A stretch of DNA of 61,523 nt, the filler included. It is 12 parts of 12 records of this genome, joined end to end, with 100 filler letters (N's around TTAATTAATTAA, not from the genome) between each part and the next. Parts side by side here need not be neighbours in the genome. Positions count along the whole stretch, not along the records: positions 48,708 to 55,192 come from SRR7504441_3257; positions 55,293 to 61,523 come from SRR7504441_3258; 10 more parts are not named here. One strand, given 5' to 3'. The translations under genes were made by a program, and so were the position numbers. Numbering within the stretch: position 1 is the stretch's first letter; the number at the start of each line of letters is the position of its first letter. Under the pieces are notes generated by a model that saw only the letters and a list, made by a program, of their open reading frames with translations, was not told the origin of the DNA and made no database searches. Positions 53,553-61,523 of this stretch are shown here, in pieces.

Positions 53553-55052
53553 TCAGAAGGGATACATGGACTCGTCGTCGAGCTGCCACTCGTCTCGCCA
53601 CACAACCTTCACCGAGCCTTGGCCCGCGGGGTCCACATACAACGGAAGCCACACATAAGTTGCCTTCGATGTTCCATACGTATTTGTGTAATTCCACCGG
53701 TCGCCCATGTAGATGAACGGTGCGATCTTAGCATTGCCAGGTTGGCCGCGTTGCGCATAGGCCGGGTTGGGCAAGATGTAGGTAGACTGGCTGTTGTAGG
53801 CCCAGCCCGCCGGCTGCTCTGGGGCCGCGTTGCCTGGGTGTTCTGGTAACGGAATCGGCGGGGGTTGCATCCCGACTTCCTTCTCCGGATATAACCGTAT
53901 CTCGCTCTTGAATGTCACAGTCAGCATCTGGCTTGGTGCGGGCGCCGGGTCGAAGGCGATAAACGTGAACCCGGCGCATGTGGGGGCTGAGCTGCATCGG
54001 GACTCGGCTTGCGCAAACGTGATCAAGACACCATCCGAACCGCCGTTACCGTCGTGGCTGTGGCTGCCAAAAGGAGCTCCGACCAGTAGATACCCGTTCG
54101 ACACAGTCCATGTGCCGTTCCACGTGTTTGGGTCGCTGCTATTATAGCTCAGCCCTTTGGTGTAGGAGTGCCAGTAGTTGTCATCCTGGCTGCTCCCAGA
54201 GAAGTTGCCCAGTGGGGATGCTGCCTTGTACACATACATGGCCGTGGGCGCCCACCCCATCGTGCCGCTCACATAGAGGTAGTAATCATCGCCGTGCAGG
54301 AACGCAGCTGGGCCTTCCCTGTTGGGGGTCGACGTAATCCGCAAGTCCGATCCTGGCACGACACCCCGGCAGTCCTCGGTCAGCTCCATGCCCCTGAAGC
54401 CCGTTGGACCATGATCCTGCAGCCCAGTGGTCATCCGGGTCCTCCAGTAGACGTAGGTACGGTATGTCTTGGGATCCTGGAACAGCGTCGCGTCCGCGTA
54501 TTGATAGCCGCTAGGTAGATTCGCAATCCCGGGCGCAATGGTGGTGAACGGGTCGTCGGAGCCGCTCTTGTTGCTGACGAAAACAAAAGGCCCCGTGGGC
54601 GCGTCGCTCTCGAGTACGGCCAGCAGCTGGGGCGAGTTGCCGTAGCCTGTGCCCCGGACCCACATCACGAACTTGCCGCCCGGTCCGCCGCACTGGACCA
54701 CCTTTGGCCGCTCCAGGTCCAGCCCATCCCCATTGGCGCAGCTCGGCGGCGGGTAGGCGGAGGCCGTGTTGTTGTCGGTGCAGTTGAAGACCGGCACCAC
54801 CAGGCTCTCGAACTGCCACGCGTACAGGTCTGCGGAGGAGTAGAGAGCGATCCCGCCGTCCATCTGGGTGCCCGGGGCGCGCACTGTCCGGCGCGAGCCG
54901 TACCAGTAGTACCGGCCAGCGTGCGCCAGCAGGCCCGCGCCGTGGGCGTCGACCAGGTTTCCCTCGGTGTCGTGCCACGGCTCCCCCGACTTGATGCTGT
55001 TCTGCCCGGCAGCAGCAGTGGCCACCGTGGCCAGCACCGCAGCGATCAGCAT
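53553..55052 (-). CDS. Secreted GH43 glycoside hydrolase (GH43_24-like), intronless
   Basis: Signal peptide MLIAAVLATVATAAAG; motifs WHDTEGNLVDAHGAG, YYWYG, YSSADLYAW, LERPKV, DATLFQD, REGPA, SQSTY, YMGDRW and YVWLP. Confidence 0.87.
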   Translation of the reverse strand: MLIAAVLATVATAAAGQNSIKSGEPWHDTEGNLVDAHGAGLLAHAGRYYWYGSRRTVRAPGTQMDGGIALYSSADLYAWQFESLVVPVFNCTDNNTASAYPPPSCANGDGLDLERPKVVQCGGPGGKFVMWVRGTGYGNSPQLLAVLESDAPTGPFVFVSNKSGSDDPFTTIAPGIANLPSGYQYADATLFQDPKTYRTYVYWRTRMTTGLQDHGPTGFRGMELTEDCRGVVPGSDLRITSTPNREGPAAFLHGDDYYLYVSGTMGWAPTAMYVYKAASPLGNFSGSSQDDNYWHSYTKGLSYNSSDPNTWNGTWTVSNGYLLVGAPFGSHSHDGNGGSDGVLITFAQAESRCSSAPTCAGFTFIAFDPAPAPSQMLTVTFKSEIRLYPEKEVGMQPPPIPLPEHPGNAAPEQPAGWAYNSQSTYILPNPAYAQRGQPGNAKIAPFIYMGDRWNYTNTYGTSKATYVWLPLYVDPAGQGSVKVVWRDEWQLDDESMYPF

Positions 55053-55192
55053 TGGACCGGAATCAAGATCGTCAAAAATCTGCAAACTGGTGGTGGGACG
55101 GGGCTGCACCCGGCCATTGGGCAATGCCCGAAACTCCGCCCAGCGCTCCGCCCCCGGTGGTGCTCCGGGTAGTCGAGGCGCTCCAGGCCCTC

Positions 55193-55292
55193 NNNNNNNN
55201 NNNNNNNNNNNNNNNNNNNNNNNNNNNNNNNNNNNNTTAATTAATTAANNNNNNNNNNNNNNNNNNNNNNNNNNNNNNNNNNNNNNNNNNNN
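55193..55292. other. Artificial contig spacer
   Basis: N44-TTAATTAATTAA-N44. Confidence 0.98.
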
Positions 55293-55708
55293 GGATAGGG
55301 CAGCCGCACTGGCAGCCATGTCCCCTGCCGCTGAAGATTGGCGTAATTTCATCCAGCCCCAACGACCTATCTTGTGGCGCTCGCTTTGTCCTAGAGGTGT
55401 CCCAAGTGCATGCCATCCAGGATTCGTCGTGTATACAGGTTTTTGACAAGTATGCGTAAATTAAAACAGTTTTAACTAATTCCGTGTAGGATGCTATGCG
55501 CTAGCCGAACCTCTTATGAACCTCCGGTACTAATTCTCATGACCATCGGCGACCTGATCATGATTGTTTCAGTCTCATGATCAGAGAGCTAAATAGTAGA
55601 CACGTCGATTAATTAAGAGACATAAACTTGACTTTATCCTACATGACATTGTGTGTGTACTCATGTATGTTGCTAGCTTATTGCCGATTGTTAAAATTGT
55701 GTAGTTGA

Positions 55709-60987
<5,279 letters not shown>

Positions 60988-61169
60988 TGCTCTCCGCTCC
61001 CCTTGCGCGGTAGTGTGGACCTCCGCCTGGACAGTAGCCGCCTGCAGCCGAACGTTTCCTCCCAACTGCAAGGCTGCCGTTGAGGGAAATATTGGCGCAA
61101 TATTTCCATGCATCGGAGCGGCTGCTCCCCTGCTCGGCCCAACATGGCCGCTTGCTGCTAGACGGGACG

Positions 61170-61523
61170 ATGCCGCGGTTCGTGTCGGTGCTCACCAAGG
61201 GGCCGGCGGGCCAGGTCGGCATCTCGATCGACCCGCAGGCGCTCTCTGTGCTCAAATTCAAGGAAATGCCGGACGGCCTGGACAACCCCGGCGAGACGGC
61301 CGATCCGCCGATCCAGGTTGGCGACAAGATAGTCGGGGTGGACGGCGCCCCGGTGGCCACCGCCCAGGAGCTCTCGATGAAGCTCAAGAAGACCGGCAAG
61401 CGGGTTAAACTCACGATTGAACGGAGCGGCAAGCCCGCCAGCTCCGGCAAGTCGACGGAGCCGGACTTCGTGTCGGTGCTGACCAAGGGGCCAAAGGGGA
61501 TCGGGGTGACGATCGAGCCCAAG
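61170..61523 (+). CDS. Multi-PDZ domain protein, 3'-partial (absent from ORF track)
   Basis: MPRFVSVLTKGPAGQVGISI...IQVGDKIVGVDG...VKLTIER, then a second repeat FVSVLTKGPKGIGVTIE running off the window. Confidence 0.8.
   Translation, partial: MPRFVSVLTKGPAGQVGISIDPQALSVLKFKEMPDGLDNPGETADPPIQVGDKIVGVDGAPVATAQELSMKLKKTGKRVKLTIERSGKPASSGKSTEPDFVSVLTKGPKGIGVTIEPK

Noticed and set aside
55293-55460. Short 3' gene fragments at contig edges (also 27480-27798)
   Set aside because: Too short and ambiguous in frame to call.

Overview
Gene-dense, GC-rich EUKARYOTIC DNA, probably a marine heterotrophic protist SAG/MAG (lineage not determinable). It is 12 unrelated contigs of 3.2-6.7 kb joined by 11 artificial 100-nt N/TTAATTAATTAA/N spacers, so synteny holds only within a contig. 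The ORF track is misleading because many genes are split by very short, mostly 36-46 nt spliceosomal introns, which I spliced by hand. About 28 protein genes or fragments are supported; I found no rRNA, tRNA, CRISPR or transposase. Housekeeping genes: PA2G4/EBP1, Gos1 SNARE, DHHC acyltransferase, CAMK kinase, FBXO15-like, cathepsin C, PKD2-like and BK-like channels, and coiled-coil proteins. Best candidates for novelty: (1) one ~14-intron gene joining two F-box+beta-helix modules to a DYRK2-class kinase; (2) an intronless PQ-loop transporter fused to tandem gamma-glutamylcyclotransferase domains; (3) a membrane-anchored TIR-ARM protein retaining the TIR catalytic Glu; (4) a TAC-NN-GTA octamer (TACGAGTA/TACATGTA) concentrated downstream of gene 3' ends; (5) a doubly lipidated UAP1 pseudoenzyme; (6) a 6-nt microexon, GC-AG introns and a candidate GA-AG intron; (7) a Cys-rich protein with a prohormone-like ...RRRR-FYWG tail. 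All family calls come from motif recognition; no database searches were run.
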